DNA of 64,000 bases from a virus (Duplodnaviria; Heunggongvirae; Uroviricota; Caudoviricetes): the IMG/VR virus record IMGVR_UViG_3300021440_000001. The stretch is one strand, 5' to 3'. Shown in pieces: positions 26,089-35,892 of this stretch; positions within the stretch are counted from its first letter, which is position 1, and every line of letters starts with the position of its first letter. Both the position numbers and the translations under genes were made by a program. Below the pieces are notes generated by a model. It saw only the letters and a program-made list of their open reading frames with translations. It was not told where the DNA came from and searched no databases.

Positions 26089-26340
26089 CTTTCAGGAGAG
26101 AAAGACGTTAACATAGCTTTCTCTACTTGGATTCGCTTTCCAAAAGACTTCCCAAAGGGAGTTCTAAGTAGCGGCAGCGGCGACGTGCAGGTTCGTCGCA
26201 TCAAAGCACTGAAATTACTTGCATGGCTGAGAGAAAGAGGCTATACTGATGTAACATCAGAGCACATACGGGTGCAGCGGATTCAGTTCACAATGTTTGA
26301 AAAGGAGATTGCAAATGGGATTTTTGGGCAAGAGCCGTGA
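26089..26340 (+). CDS. possible small protein (TTG start)
   Basis: only open frame in the 26021-26314 gap; no ATG start. Confidence 0.2.
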   Translation, partial: LSGEKDVNIAFSTWIRFPKDFPKGVLSSGSGDVQVRRIKALKLLAWLRERGYTDVTSEHIRVQRIQFTMFEKEIANGIFGQEP

Positions 26341-26674
26341 CTTCAGCGTTCTGCGTGGCAAGGTTATCAAGGAAATTAAAGTGCAAGACGCCAACAAGAT
26401 CATCTTCTACACTGAAGACGGCAAGACGTATGAAATGTACCACGACCAAGAATGCTGCGAGGATGTCTATATTGAGTCGATTGTCGGCTACTTGGACGAC
26501 CTGATTGATTCCCCGATCCTTGTGGCCTCAAAGGAATCCCAAGAAGACCCAACATACCGCATCGGTACTTGGACCTTCTACAAGCTAGCTACTCGCCACG
26601 GCTACGTTGATATCCGCTGGAACGGCGATAGCAACGGCTTCTACAGTGAAGATGTCAGCTTCTATGAGGTGTGA
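26315..26674 (+). CDS. hypothetical protein (119 aa)
   Basis: AAAAGGAG RBS 7 nt before the ATG. Confidence 0.55.
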   Translation: MGFLGKSRDFSVLRGKVIKEIKVQDANKIIFYTEDGKTYEMYHDQECCEDVYIESIVGYLDDLIDSPILVASKESQEDPTYRIGTWTFYKLATRHGYVDIRWNGDSNGFYSEDVSFYEV

Positions 26675-26677
26675 GCG

Positions 26678-27469
26678 ATGCTAAAAGCTACGAGTATGGC
26701 GGGATGGGACATCCCTCTGAAGGTGTGGAAGTTCCCGTGTGGCGAAGTCGGCGTAAAGATTGAAAGCGGGTTCGCTAATGGTGAAGTGGAAGTGGCAGTG
26801 ACGCTGATGTGGGAGGGCAATGACGACCTGATTGCGCTTGGGCAGTTAGTCGATGCGCTGCGGCACGCGGGTGTTGAACGTATCTCACTGAACATTCCAT
26901 ACTTCCCCTATTCACGCCAAGACCGCCGCTGCAATTCCGGAGAGGGTCACGCCCTTAAAATGGTTGCCGCCTACATCAACAGTCTGAATTTCTCCACCGT
27001 CTACACAATGGACGCTCACAGCTATGTGCTTGAAGCTGTCGTCAACAACCTGCGGGTGACTGAACAAGAAGATTGTGCATTTATGCTGCCGAGCTTTGAT
27101 GTCTTTGTGGCCCCTGACGCAGGCGCCAGCAAGAAGATTTTCAAGCTGACTTCCACCTTTGAGGGTGCGGAAGTTCTTGTTGCTGACAAGAAGCGTGACG
27201 CTATTGGAAGGATAATTGAAACCCGCGTCAGCGGTGGAGAGTCCATTACCGGCAAGTCAGTGTGTGTTGTTGATGACTTATGCGACGGCGGCGCAACATT
27301 CGTTGAGCTTGGCAAGGTGCTTAAAAAGTACGAACCGGCCTCTCTCAACTTGTACGTGACACATGGGTTTTTCACGAAGGGTGTTGAAATTCTGACACCG
27401 TTCTACGAGACAATCTACGTCTCAAACTTGATGAACAACGCGGCAAAGCCGCATGTAAAGGAGATTTGA
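26678..27469 (+). CDS. ribose-phosphate pyrophosphokinase-like protein (Prs / candidate ADPR-PP synthetase Adps)
   Basis: PRPP-binding loop VVDDLCDGGATF, ...YSRQDRR...; 263 aa, shorter than cellular Prs. Confidence 0.7.
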   Translation: MLKATSMAGWDIPLKVWKFPCGEVGVKIESGFANGEVEVAVTLMWEGNDDLIALGQLVDALRHAGVERISLNIPYFPYSRQDRRCNSGEGHALKMVAAYINSLNFSTVYTMDAHSYVLEAVVNNLRVTEQEDCAFMLPSFDVFVAPDAGASKKIFKLTSTFEGAEVLVADKKRDAIGRIIETRVSGGESITGKSVCVVDDLCDGGATFVELGKVLKKYEPASLNLYVTHGFFTKGVEILTPFYETIYVSNLMNNAAKPHVKEI

Positions 27470-27470
27470 T

Positions 27471-29066
27471 TTGAAGAGCTTTCCACTGACCCAAGCCGAC
27501 TTCTACAAGCTGTCGCACAAAAAGTTCATGGTTGATGGCGTGACCAAGATTTACGCCAACTTCACGGCGCGTTCTGGCAAGTATGCAAAGTGGGCAGATG
27601 ACAGAAAGCGAGTAGTGTTTGCTGGCCTTCAGCACTTCATCAAAGACTTCTTGATTGAAGAGTGGAATAGGGAGTTCTTCAAGAAGCCAAAAGCGCAGGT
27701 GATTGCCAAATTCAAGCGACGCGTTGAAACGTCTCTTGGCGTTGGCTCAGTGAGCATGGCCCACTTTGAAGCTCTGCATGACCTTGGCTACCTGCCACTG
27801 AAGATCAAGGCTCTGCCTGAAGGCTCGAAGGTTCCTTTCAAGGTTCCTCTACTGACCGTTGTCAACACTGACGACGATTTTGCATGGCTTGTCACGTACA
27901 TCGAAACTGCCCTTTCGACGGAGCTGTGGGCTACTACCACTGCTGCGACCACTGCGTACCAGTTTCTGACTCTGTGCAACAGTTTTGCAGACCAAACAGT
28001 AGGCAACCGCAATCATGTCATGTTCCAGTGTCATGACTTCTCTGCGCGTGGTGTCATCGGTCGCAATGGTGGGGCTCTAACGGGTCTTGGACATTTGATG
28101 TCGTTCAATGGCACAGATACTATCGCGGCAATCGACCTTGTTGAAGACTATTACAACGTGGATGCCAGCAAGTATTTCATTGCTGCATCGGTTCCTGCCA
28201 GTGAGCACAGCGTAACGTCGCTCGGAAGCAGCGTTCTCGGAGAGTTCGGTACTATCAAGAGCTGGATAACCGAGGCCTACCCGACAGGTATTGTATCAGT
28301 TGTGTCGGATACCTACGATTATTGGCGTGTTCTCACCAAGTACCTACCACTGATGAAGGACGATATCAAGGCACGTAAGCCGAACGAGCTTGGACTTGCA
28401 AAGGTTGTTGTGCGCCCTGACAGCGGCGAGCCTGCACGAGTCATTGCTGGATATCGACCCGACGAGTTTTACTCTGAAGTGAAAAACATTCAGCGAGACG
28501 GCTGGACTGAGTGTGTAAGCGTGTTCACTTGCAAGAGCACTGGAAAGCAGTTGACTGAAGATGAAATCAAGGGTAGTATTGAGATTCTGTGGGAGACATT
28601 TGGTGGCACGACTAACAAGTTTGGCTACCGTGAACTCGACCCGTGCATCGGTTTGATCTACGGCGACAGCATCACGCTGGAGCGGGCTGACGATATATTC
28701 CGCCGATTGCAGCAGCGAGGGTTTGCAAGTAGCAACGTCGTGTTTGGCGTAGGCTCTTACACATACCAGATGGTCAGCCGCGACACGCTTGGCATGGCAG
28801 TTAAAGCCACTGCTGCTGTTGTTGACGGCGAGCTGAAGGCACTATTCAAAAACCCGGCGACTGACGACGGGACGAAGAAGTCTGCACGCGGCCTCATGCG
28901 CGTCGAGCTGATCGACGGTGAGTACGTGATGTTTGACCGCCAAACCGAGGCTCAGGAGGCTTCTGGTGAGCTTCGAACTGTGTTTGAAGACGGCGTGCTG
29001 TTGATTGACGAAACATTTGAGGTCATCCGGGCACGGGTCCAAGACATCGTGCTTGAAAAGGCGTAA
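27471..29066 (+). CDS. nicotinamide phosphoribosyltransferase-like protein (NAMPT/NadV family; candidate Namat)
   Basis: 531 aa; type II PRTase-like with GTDT..., ...YGDSIT... regions; TTG start overlapping the upstream stop. Confidence 0.7.
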   Translation: MKSFPLTQADFYKLSHKKFMVDGVTKIYANFTARSGKYAKWADDRKRVVFAGLQHFIKDFLIEEWNREFFKKPKAQVIAKFKRRVETSLGVGSVSMAHFEALHDLGYLPLKIKALPEGSKVPFKVPLLTVVNTDDDFAWLVTYIETALSTELWATTTAATTAYQFLTLCNSFADQTVGNRNHVMFQCHDFSARGVIGRNGGALTGLGHLMSFNGTDTIAAIDLVEDYYNVDASKYFIAASVPASEHSVTSLGSSVLGEFGTIKSWITEAYPTGIVSVVSDTYDYWRVLTKYLPLMKDDIKARKPNELGLAKVVVRPDSGEPARVIAGYRPDEFYSEVKNIQRDGWTECVSVFTCKSTGKQLTEDEIKGSIEILWETFGGTTNKFGYRELDPCIGLIYGDSITLERADDIFRRLQQRGFASSNVVFGVGSYTYQMVSRDTLGMAVKATAAVVDGELKALFKNPATDDGTKKSARGLMRVELIDGEYVMFDRQTEAQEASGELRTVFEDGVLLIDETFEVIRARVQDIVLEKA

Positions 29067-29081
29067 CCGGCTAAGGAAACT

Positions 29082-29342
29082 ATGATAAACTACGCACTTG
29101 CTTTCACCTCTTCATTCATTTTCGTTGCGTTAAAGTCGTGGCAGCAATTGAATGTAGTCCACAAGAAATACTGGTGGATTCTTCCGACAAGCATGGCGAT
29201 GGCGTTGTGCGAAGTTTATGTAGTTGCAACAGTGGCAAAGAATGGCTGGGGCATTATTGCCCTGGCTATTGGCCTAGGAGCTGGACTTGGCTCAATGCTT
29301 GCAACATGGTTACATAGTAAGTTAACAGCGAAAGGAGAGTAA
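29082..29342 (+). CDS. small two-TM membrane protein
   Basis: two hydrophobic helices. Confidence 0.45.
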   Translation: MINYALAFTSSFIFVALKSWQQLNVVHKKYWWILPTSMAMALCEVYVVATVAKNGWGIIALAIGLGAGLGSMLATWLHSKLTAKGE

Positions 29343-29944
29343 TGGTGGCTAAACCCCAGTCAATCCAGGCTCAACTCGGCTTTGGAGAAGTCGATAAGAG
29401 CGCATTTTTTGCACTGCCAAAGCCAAAAATAATTGGGCTGTCAGGTAAAGCGCGAAGCGGCAAAGACACTGCTGCTGGCATGCTTGAGGCGGCATTCAAC
29501 GCAAAAACAGTTGCATTCGCCGACCCTATTCGAGACGCAATGCGCGCCATTTTTGGCTTCAATGAGGCTCACTTCAATGGGAGTCTGAAAGAAGTTGTCG
29601 TTCCATGGATCGGCAAATCTCCACGCCAACTGATGCAAACACTCGGAACCGAGTGGGGTCGCAACATCGTAAACAACGATCTATGGCGAACTCTTGCGGC
29701 TCGGAAAATCGAACAAATCACTGACAGCTTTGACCACGCAGTTGTGACTGATGTGCGGTTTGAAAACGAAGCCGAAATGATCCGCTCTATGGGTGGCCGC
29801 GTCTGGCACATCGTTCGAGACAACATTCCGACCGTCAGCGCACATGCTAGCGAACGTGGCATTGATGTTCACGCCGGTGACGTTATCATTTACAACAACG
29901 GGACGATGGAAGACTTGTTAGACTCTGTGTGTGGTAACTTCTGA
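29342..29944 (+). CDS. deoxynucleoside monophosphate kinase (T4 gp1-like)
   Basis: P-loop IIGLSGKARSGKDT resembles T4 gp1 LIFLSGVKRSGKDT. Confidence 0.65.
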   Translation: MVAKPQSIQAQLGFGEVDKSAFFALPKPKIIGLSGKARSGKDTAAGMLEAAFNAKTVAFADPIRDAMRAIFGFNEAHFNGSLKEVVVPWIGKSPRQLMQTLGTEWGRNIVNNDLWRTLAARKIEQITDSFDHAVVTDVRFENEAEMIRSMGGRVWHIVRDNIPTVSAHASERGIDVHAGDVIIYNNGTMEDLLDSVCGNF

Positions 29945-29952
29945 AAGGTCGC

Positions 29953-30180
29953 ATGACTAAACCTATCGTGAAGTACGCCAGCATGTACTTCTTCGGATTC
30001 ACCGATCCAATCGGACATTCAGTGTTCGTCGTACCCGTTGACCACCCCGGTCACGCGTCAAATGGCAAGTTTACAACCACATCGGCTGTTAAGTCTTATG
30101 ACGAAACGACTGGAATCTTTGAGACGAAGAATACTGTCTACGTGCCTGCACCGAACATTGACAAGAAAGGCAAAACGTAA
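29953..30180 (+). CDS. hypothetical protein (75 aa)
   Basis: ORF. Confidence 0.4.
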   Translation: MTKPIVKYASMYFFGFTDPIGHSVFVVPVDHPGHASNGKFTTTSAVKSYDETTGIFETKNTVYVPAPNIDKKGKT

Positions 30181-30184
30181 TACA

Positions 30185-30472
30185 ATGACTGACTCAAACA
30201 TTGCAGCTCGCCGAGTGACTGAATTGTCACTTCGAATGGCAGATCAGGTCTCGCAAGACAACACTATCTCGGAAGTGTTTAACGCCCTCGGCCAGACCGT
30301 TGTCGCGTTTGTCATCGACTACCTCGTTGCAAACGGCAAGGCGCTCAACAACGAAAATGTTGTTGGCGAGCTGAACAGGTTCTGCGCACTCGCATCTATG
30401 CAGGCTGGATTCATTCTCAGCAAGCCTGAAATTCACCAGCAAAGCGCTGAGTACCGAAGTTCTCAAGCTTGA
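30185..30472 (+). CDS. hypothetical protein (95 aa)
   Basis: internal ATG of ORF 30038..30472 directly after the previous stop. Confidence 0.4.
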   Translation: MTDSNIAARRVTELSLRMADQVSQDNTISEVFNALGQTVVAFVIDYLVANGKALNNENVVGELNRFCALASMQAGFILSKPEIHQQSAEYRSSQA

Positions 30473-30493
30473 GAACAACCAAAGGAGAATTAA

Positions 30494-30730
30494 ATGCTGA
30501 ATACCATCTTCCCGACCAAGACCGTTGACTCTGTTCTGTCTACATTCAACAAAGTGGTCACCGACCTGCAAGAAGTCGTAGCAAAGAATGAAGCTGAAGT
30601 CTCGAAGCAACACCAAGTCATTTTGGATGCTCAAGCACGCTCGCGCGCTGCTGAAGACCAAATCTCTCGTGCAAACGCTGTCGCAGACAAGATCAACGAC
30701 ATGCTATCGCCCTGGCCGCTGGGCAACTAA
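30494..30730 (+). CDS. hypothetical coiled-coil protein (78 aa)
   Basis: AAAGGAGAATTAA RBS. Confidence 0.5.
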   Translation: MLNTIFPTKTVDSVLSTFNKVVTDLQEVVAKNEAEVSKQHQVILDAQARSRAAEDQISRANAVADKINDMLSPWPLGN

Positions 30731-30856
30731 GTGCTTCAGGACGAGAGTAAAGAAACAGAAATAAAGCGATGCGCAGAGGTATCCTCTACGCTGCTTGACC
30801 CTCGCGTCAAAGACGCACTACTGGCGTACAACGTCCAACGAAACTGAAAGGAATTT

Positions 30857-31756
30857 ATGAGCTTCAAACCTGTAAATGCTTCGCGTACCTCTGGCGGCAA
30901 CTTCGAGCCGAGCAATTTCCCCACCCCGCGTGCTGGTAGCCGCAAGGCACGAGTTTCGCTGATCGTGGATATGGGTGTCCAGAACCGCGAACCTTTTGAA
31001 GACCCGAACACCAAGGAAATGAAGGAACAGAAGCCCTGTCAACAGGTTGCTGTGTTCGCTGACCTTGTTGCAGACACCGTTGACTACGGTGGCTCGATTG
31101 GCAAGCAACACTACCGCCTGCTTCTGAACAAGAGCTTCCAAGGCAATATCCAAGGCGTCAACTTCGTCGCTACTCCGCCGAAGGATGCCAAGGGCAATCT
31201 GATCGCTGGCAAGCCGTGGGGTTTCCATCCTGCGAACCTTCTGACCAAGGTTGCCAAGGCTGTCGGTCGCCCGGATGTCATCGAGTCGATGGACGTTGAA
31301 GAGCTGATGGGCCTGCCCTTCATGGCTCAAGTTGAAGTCAAGGAAACCGAAGACAAGAACGGCAAGAAGGACAAGGACGGCAACGTGCTGGTCTACAAGA
31401 ACGTCAATTTCAAGGGCGCTGCTGAAGTTCCTGAAGATGACGACGGCAATCCGCTGCCTGTGGCTGAGCTGAACAACCCGGCTCTGTGCATCACGTTTGA
31501 CAACGCTCGCAAGGAAGACATCAAGTGGATTCGTGCAAGCCTCGTCAAGCAAATCAAGCTGGCGAACAACTACGCTGGCTCTGCGATGCAAAAGGCAATC
31601 GAAGCCTTTGAAGCTGAAAACGCTCAAGGCGGCGACGAAGGTGAAGACGAAGCGCCGGCTCCGAAGCCTGCTGCAAAGTCGGCGCCTGCGAAGAAGACGG
31701 CTGCAAAGCCGAAGCCGGTCCCTCAAGACGACGCTGATGACGATGTGCCGTTCTGA
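30857..31756 (+). CDS. single-stranded DNA-binding protein (T7 gp2.5-like) with acidic C-terminal tail ending in Phe
   Basis: C-terminus ...QDDADDDVPF; AAAGGAATTT RBS; size and composition. Confidence 0.75.
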   Translation: MSFKPVNASRTSGGNFEPSNFPTPRAGSRKARVSLIVDMGVQNREPFEDPNTKEMKEQKPCQQVAVFADLVADTVDYGGSIGKQHYRLLLNKSFQGNIQGVNFVATPPKDAKGNLIAGKPWGFHPANLLTKVAKAVGRPDVIESMDVEELMGLPFMAQVEVKETEDKNGKKDKDGNVLVYKNVNFKGAAEVPEDDDGNPLPVAELNNPALCITFDNARKEDIKWIRASLVKQIKLANNYAGSAMQKAIEAFEAENAQGGDEGEDEAPAPKPAAKSAPAKKTAAKPKPVPQDDADDDVPF

Positions 31757-31757
31757 T

Positions 31758-31988
31758 ATGGAGTTTCATCGTTATGCCCGAAAGGGCTTTGCTGAAGCCC
31801 GCAGCCTTTCAGACGGTGAGGGCCTTCAAGAGCTGCGAAACGCAGGTATCAGCGTCACGACTGAAGACGCAATTGCATTCGATTCGCTTCCGGCTGGAAT
31901 GGTTTTCAGGAACCCTGTGAACCACTCGGACCAGTGGTACGTCGCCCGAGCGTTCTTCGACAAGAACTACGACACGACGCCAGCGTAA
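31758..31988 (+). CDS. hypothetical protein (76 aa)
   Basis: ATG overlapping the SSB stop. Confidence 0.45.
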   Translation: MEFHRYARKGFAEARSLSDGEGLQELRNAGISVTTEDAIAFDSLPAGMVFRNPVNHSDQWYVARAFFDKNYDTTPA

Positions 31989-31994
31989 AGCTGC

Positions 31995-32030
31995 TGCCCG
32001 CTACCTTCACGGGTAGCGGGCTTTTGTTTT
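31995..32030 (+). terminator. rho-independent terminator GCCCGCTACC...GGTAGCGGGCTTTTGTTTTG
   Basis: perfect stem plus T-run. Confidence 0.75.
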
Positions 32031-32044
32031 GAAAGGAGAAGAGA

Positions 32045-32248
32045 TTGGTTGTTGAAGATTTCAAGAATGAAAAGGGCGAGTGGGTATATGGTAGACAGAT
32101 ACAGGGGAAGAGATCAATTACAGTTGGAGGTGGGTACTTCAACAGCATGAAGACTAGGTGCAAGAGAGTCGCCGAAGAGTACAAAGACCAGATTGATCCG
32201 CGTGTGTATCTGGCCTTGCTTGATTACACTGTTGAAATTGACGATTGA
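32045..32248 (+). pseudogene. internally deleted remnant of a family A HNH-AP2 endonuclease (N-terminal 40 aa fused to C-terminal 27 aa)
   Basis: MVVEDFKNEKGEWVY...GGGYFNSMKTRCK | RVAEEYKDQIDPRVYLALLDYTVEIDD. Confidence 0.7.
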
Positions 32249-32260
32249 AAAGGAAAATGA

Positions 32261-33295
32261 ATGGCAACCTTGTGTTTTGACTACGATTACGTTTTATATG
32301 CCGCTGGGTTCGTCGGGGAGACTCGTTCGATCCGAGTAGTCCACAGGGCATCAGGAGACGAATACGAGTTTGCGAACAGGACGGCTTTTTTCGGTCACTG
32401 GAAAACTAAGTCTGGCGGTTGGCTGTCAGAGTATAATGCAGCCAAGAGCGAAGGCAAAAGGCGTGCAGTAGACGAGTTTGACATTACAGATGTACAGACT
32501 CCTGAACCATTGTCCAACTGCCTGCACACGGCTAAACGTATTATCGAGGGAATTGTAGAGACTTTAGGAGCGGATTCGTACTATGGATACTCTGGCAGGG
32601 GTAAGACTTTTAGAGAAGATGTCTCGACTGTCATTCAGTACAAAGGGCAGAGAAAAGACTCTCTAAGACCCGTACACTTAGATGCTCTAAGGGAGTACCT
32701 TGTAAAGCACCACTCTTGTACAGTCGTAGAGACTATTGAAGCCGACGATGCGTGCTCAATTGACAGTTACACGGCATATCAGAAATGGAAAAAATCTCGA
32801 AAGGATTCTGACAAGCTTGTTCTCGTTGCAGTAGATAAAGACGCTCTGGGTACAGCCTGTCACTTGTATAATCCGAACGAGCCAGAAAAAGGCATAGACT
32901 CTTACGAAGGCTTTGGCAGGCTGTACCTAAACGAAAAAGGTGCAGTCAAAGGCCGTGGCAGAATGTGGCTCTATCAACAGGTTCTGAACGGGGATGATGC
33001 TGACAACTACTTTGCCAACTCTGCTAGTGACATGAGTTGGGGCGAGAAGTCAGCGTATGCTCTCTTGAAGGACTGCAAGAACGACAAGGAAGCCTTTGAG
33101 GCGCTTGTAAAGGGCTACAAGACCCTCTACCCTCAACCTAAGACAATTACGGGCTGGAGAGGCGATACGCTCGACATTACGTGGCTAACGATGCTGCAAG
33201 AGAACTTCACGCTGGCGCACATGCTGCGCCACAAGGAAGACAAGGTAGACGTTGTTGCTACGATGAAAAAGCTCGGCGTGGAGTTTGAAGACTGA
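32261..33295 (+). CDS. 5'-3' exonuclease (T7 gp6-like)
   Basis: conserved blocks IEADDACSIDSY / VAVDKDALG / NGDDADNY align with T7 gp6 LEGDDVMGV / ISCDKDF / KGDITDGY. Confidence 0.75.
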   Translation: MATLCFDYDYVLYAAGFVGETRSIRVVHRASGDEYEFANRTAFFGHWKTKSGGWLSEYNAAKSEGKRRAVDEFDITDVQTPEPLSNCLHTAKRIIEGIVETLGADSYYGYSGRGKTFREDVSTVIQYKGQRKDSLRPVHLDALREYLVKHHSCTVVETIEADDACSIDSYTAYQKWKKSRKDSDKLVLVAVDKDALGTACHLYNPNEPEKGIDSYEGFGRLYLNEKGAVKGRGRMWLYQQVLNGDDADNYFANSASDMSWGEKSAYALLKDCKNDKEAFEALVKGYKTLYPQPKTITGWRGDTLDITWLTMLQENFTLAHMLRHKEDKVDVVATMKKLGVEFED

Positions 33296-33846
33296 TGAGC
33301 AAGACCTTTCAACAACCTTGGGAGGTCTTCCCAGACATCTGGAAGACTAAGGCCGCGTTCTTTTCGTACCTGCGCGGCGGTCTGCGGATGATTTGGTCAA
33401 GATACCCTGCAAAGCTGGAATGGAAGAAAAAGCAGTTGACACCTGAGCGACCTCCGGGTTACACTGGGCGTGGCAAGAGCTTTGGGAAGTGCCACTACTG
33501 TGGGTGCATGTTCACCGGGTCTGCTCTCGAAGTTGACCACGTAGAGCAGGTGGGTTCGTGCAACTCGTGGGAAACTGCTGGGCACTTCATGGAAAATCTG
33601 CTAGACTGTAATGACAACTGGGTGCTGGCTTGTAAGCCGTGTCACAAAGTAAAATCTCACGCAGAAAAGACTGGCGCCTCATTTGAAGAGGCCGCAATCC
33701 AGAAGCGAGTGATTGCCATGACGAAGAACAGCAAAGATTTTGTTGTTGACTTCTGCAAGAAAAATGGTTATAATGCCGACCAACTCACCAACTCCGAAAA
33801 GCGCAAAGCCGCGTTGACGGAAATTTTCACAAAGGAGCTTCAATGA
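33295..33846 (+). CDS. HNH endonuclease (free-standing, small)
   Basis: CHYCG...EVDHV...N...CKPCHKVKS HNH motif. Confidence 0.65.
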   Translation: MSKTFQQPWEVFPDIWKTKAAFFSYLRGGLRMIWSRYPAKLEWKKKQLTPERPPGYTGRGKSFGKCHYCGCMFTGSALEVDHVEQVGSCNSWETAGHFMENLLDCNDNWVLACKPCHKVKSHAEKTGASFEEAAIQKRVIAMTKNSKDFVVDFCKKNGYNADQLTNSEKRKAALTEIFTKELQ

Positions 33847-34064
33847 CTTTCCAAGTAGGCGACATCGTTCGTGTCACGTCTCGCGGCACCACTCTTGACC
33901 CGAACGGTATGGGGGAAGGCAAGGTGTGGAACAACGTCTGGGTTCCCGACATGGACGAGGCAATTGGCAAGACCTTTGTGATTGACTCAATCGAGCCTGA
34001 AGGCATCTGTTTCGATCCTGATGGGTATATGTTCCCCGCGAGCGTTCTTGAACTCGCAAACTGA
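33843..34064 (+). CDS. hypothetical protein (73 aa)
   Basis: ORF with start overlapping the upstream stop. Confidence 0.5.
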   Translation: MTFQVGDIVRVTSRGTTLDPNGMGEGKVWNNVWVPDMDEAIGKTFVIDSIEPEGICFDPDGYMFPASVLELAN

Positions 34065-34074
34065 AGGGAGTTTT

Positions 34075-34914
34075 ATGAGTAACGATTGGCAGCAAAAAGC
34101 TGCTACACTAGCTCAAACAAATATACTGTCGTGGCGTCAAATTGCCGGTGCGCTGCAGGTGCCGAAGAGTACCGTTTCAGACTACCTGCGAAAAAACTCC
34201 GGCCTCACTGAAGAGTCTGTAGAAGTCAAGGAGCCACCGACGCACGACAACTCTCGCATCCTGTTCATCAGTGACATGCACATCCCATACCAACACGAAG
34301 GTGTACTCCCCTTCCTTGAGGGACTGAAGAAACGCTATGAACCCACACGAGTTATTTGCCTGGGCGATGAGCTTGACAAGCACGCAATGTCGTTCCACGA
34401 CAGTGACCCTGACCTCGATAGTGCAGGCCCTGAGCTTGAAAAAGCTTTGCCTGTTATCGCTCAAGTTGAAAGTCTTTTCCCTGTAATGGACCTGATCGAC
34501 AGCAACCACGGCTCGATGGTGTACCGAAAAGCAAAGCATCACGGTATTCCGCGCCGATACCTTCGGCCGTACAACGAAGTGCTTGGAGTCGGCGAAGGAT
34601 GGAAATGGCACATCGACATGACTCTGACCCTGCCTGACGGACAGAAGGTCTACGTGCATCACGGCAAGTCGACTGACGCTATCAAGGTCAGTCAAGCAAT
34701 GGGAATGTCGCACGTATGTGGACACTATCACGAAAGCTTTGGCGTCAAATACTGGGCAAACCCACTTGGCCTGTACTGGGCCATGAATGTGGGTTGTCTT
34801 ATTGATGACAAGTCACTCGCCTTTGCGTACAATAACGCAAATCTGAAGCGTCCGATTATTGGAACTGGTCTCATCATTGATGGCATTCCAATTCTGGAAG
34901 CCATGCCACTTTAA
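34075..34914 (+). CDS. calcineurin-like metallophosphoesterase with N-terminal HTH-like segment
   Basis: ISDMH...GDELDKH...NHG...HHGK...GHYH phosphoesterase motifs. Confidence 0.65.
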   Translation: MSNDWQQKAATLAQTNILSWRQIAGALQVPKSTVSDYLRKNSGLTEESVEVKEPPTHDNSRILFISDMHIPYQHEGVLPFLEGLKKRYEPTRVICLGDELDKHAMSFHDSDPDLDSAGPELEKALPVIAQVESLFPVMDLIDSNHGSMVYRKAKHHGIPRRYLRPYNEVLGVGEGWKWHIDMTLTLPDGQKVYVHHGKSTDAIKVSQAMGMSHVCGHYHESFGVKYWANPLGLYWAMNVGCLIDDKSLAFAYNNANLKRPIIGTGLIIDGIPILEAMPL

Positions 34915-34925
34915 GGAGAAACATA

Positions 34926-35204
34926 ATGCTACAACAAATTCAAATCCCCATCCGTGGTCTTCCGATTCACCTTGTTCTCTTGAGCAATGGTATGGTAGTC
35001 TTTGTCAGGGTTGCAGCATTCACTGCTATCCTCGAAGCTACAAAGCTTGACGGCTCGCCTTATGGGTACTTCTTTGAAGAAGACTTCACCTTGTACGCCG
35101 ACAAAGAGAGCAACGAATTCTCGTACAATACGATGTACGCCTACAAAACAATCCCCGTAATGCTCAAGTGGCTGAAGTCCCAAGAGCTGCAAAACCCTTT
35201 CTGA
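34926..35204 (+). CDS. hypothetical protein (92 aa)
   Basis: AAGGAGAAAC RBS. Confidence 0.5.
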   Translation: MLQQIQIPIRGLPIHLVLLSNGMVVFVRVAAFTAILEATKLDGSPYGYFFEEDFTLYADKESNEFSYNTMYAYKTIPVMLKWLKSQELQNPF

Positions 35205-35215
35205 AAGGAATAGAC

Positions 35216-35365
35216 ATGGAACAAAAATGTATTGTGTGCGGTGCAGACGCCACTACCTATTTCGCAGGTAATCCGGCAATTCAACTTTGCAGCAACCCGG
35301 TCTGCGAACAAGTCATCTTGGACGACATCAACGCTGAGATTGCAGCAGAAGAGGAGGATGCATGA
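35216..35365 (+). CDS. small zinc-ribbon protein (50 aa)
   Basis: CIVCG...C..PVC. Confidence 0.4.
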   Translation: MEQKCIVCGADATTYFAGNPAIQLCSNPVCEQVILDDINAEIAAEEEDA

Positions 35366-35892
35366 GCCGAGTGTTTTCGTTCCGCGATCTACGCCTTATC
35401 CCTGCTTTGTCAAAGTTCAATGAAATCGATCTTCTGCAAATATCAAACGACGCTCTAGTCAACTCCTACCTTGCGCAGCTTGGTTTCAATGTATCACGCG
35501 CTATCCTATATGTTCCCGCGAAGCACCGTGACCTGCAAGGAAATGTGGGCATCGGATTCCGTGCAGTAGGAGAAATCAGCCGTGACCGTGGATTCCTGAC
35601 AAGCCGACTTTGCACGGCGACCGAGCGCCTGATTGCTGCATCGTACTACGATATGTCGCTGACCAAAGAGCTGGCAAAGCTTCTTGGAAATTCAGTTGAC
35701 CTGAGAAGTGACGTTGGCGACGAAGAAGATTCAAACTTCCCAGCAGAGCTTATTGAGCCAGATTACAAGGAAGTGACGATTGAAATTCTCACGCTTGAGA
35801 AGATTCGTGACCGTATCAGAGGAACCCCGTACAACGATGCAGGCTCGCTGAAGACGCCTGAAGAGTACGCTGAAACAGGGAGTGTAAAGTGA
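35362..35892 (+). CDS. hypothetical protein (176 aa)
   Basis: ORF, start overlapping the upstream stop. Confidence 0.5.
   Translation: MSRVFSFRDLRLIPALSKFNEIDLLQISNDALVNSYLAQLGFNVSRAILYVPAKHRDLQGNVGIGFRAVGEISRDRGFLTSRLCTATERLIAASYYDMSLTKELAKLLGNSVDLRSDVGDEEDSNFPAELIEPDYKEVTIEILTLEKIRDRIRGTPYNDAGSLKTPEEYAETGSVK

Noticed and set aside
30818-31726. 302-aa minus-strand ORF
   Set aside because: Antisense to the SSB gene; Arg/Leu-rich with no start context.
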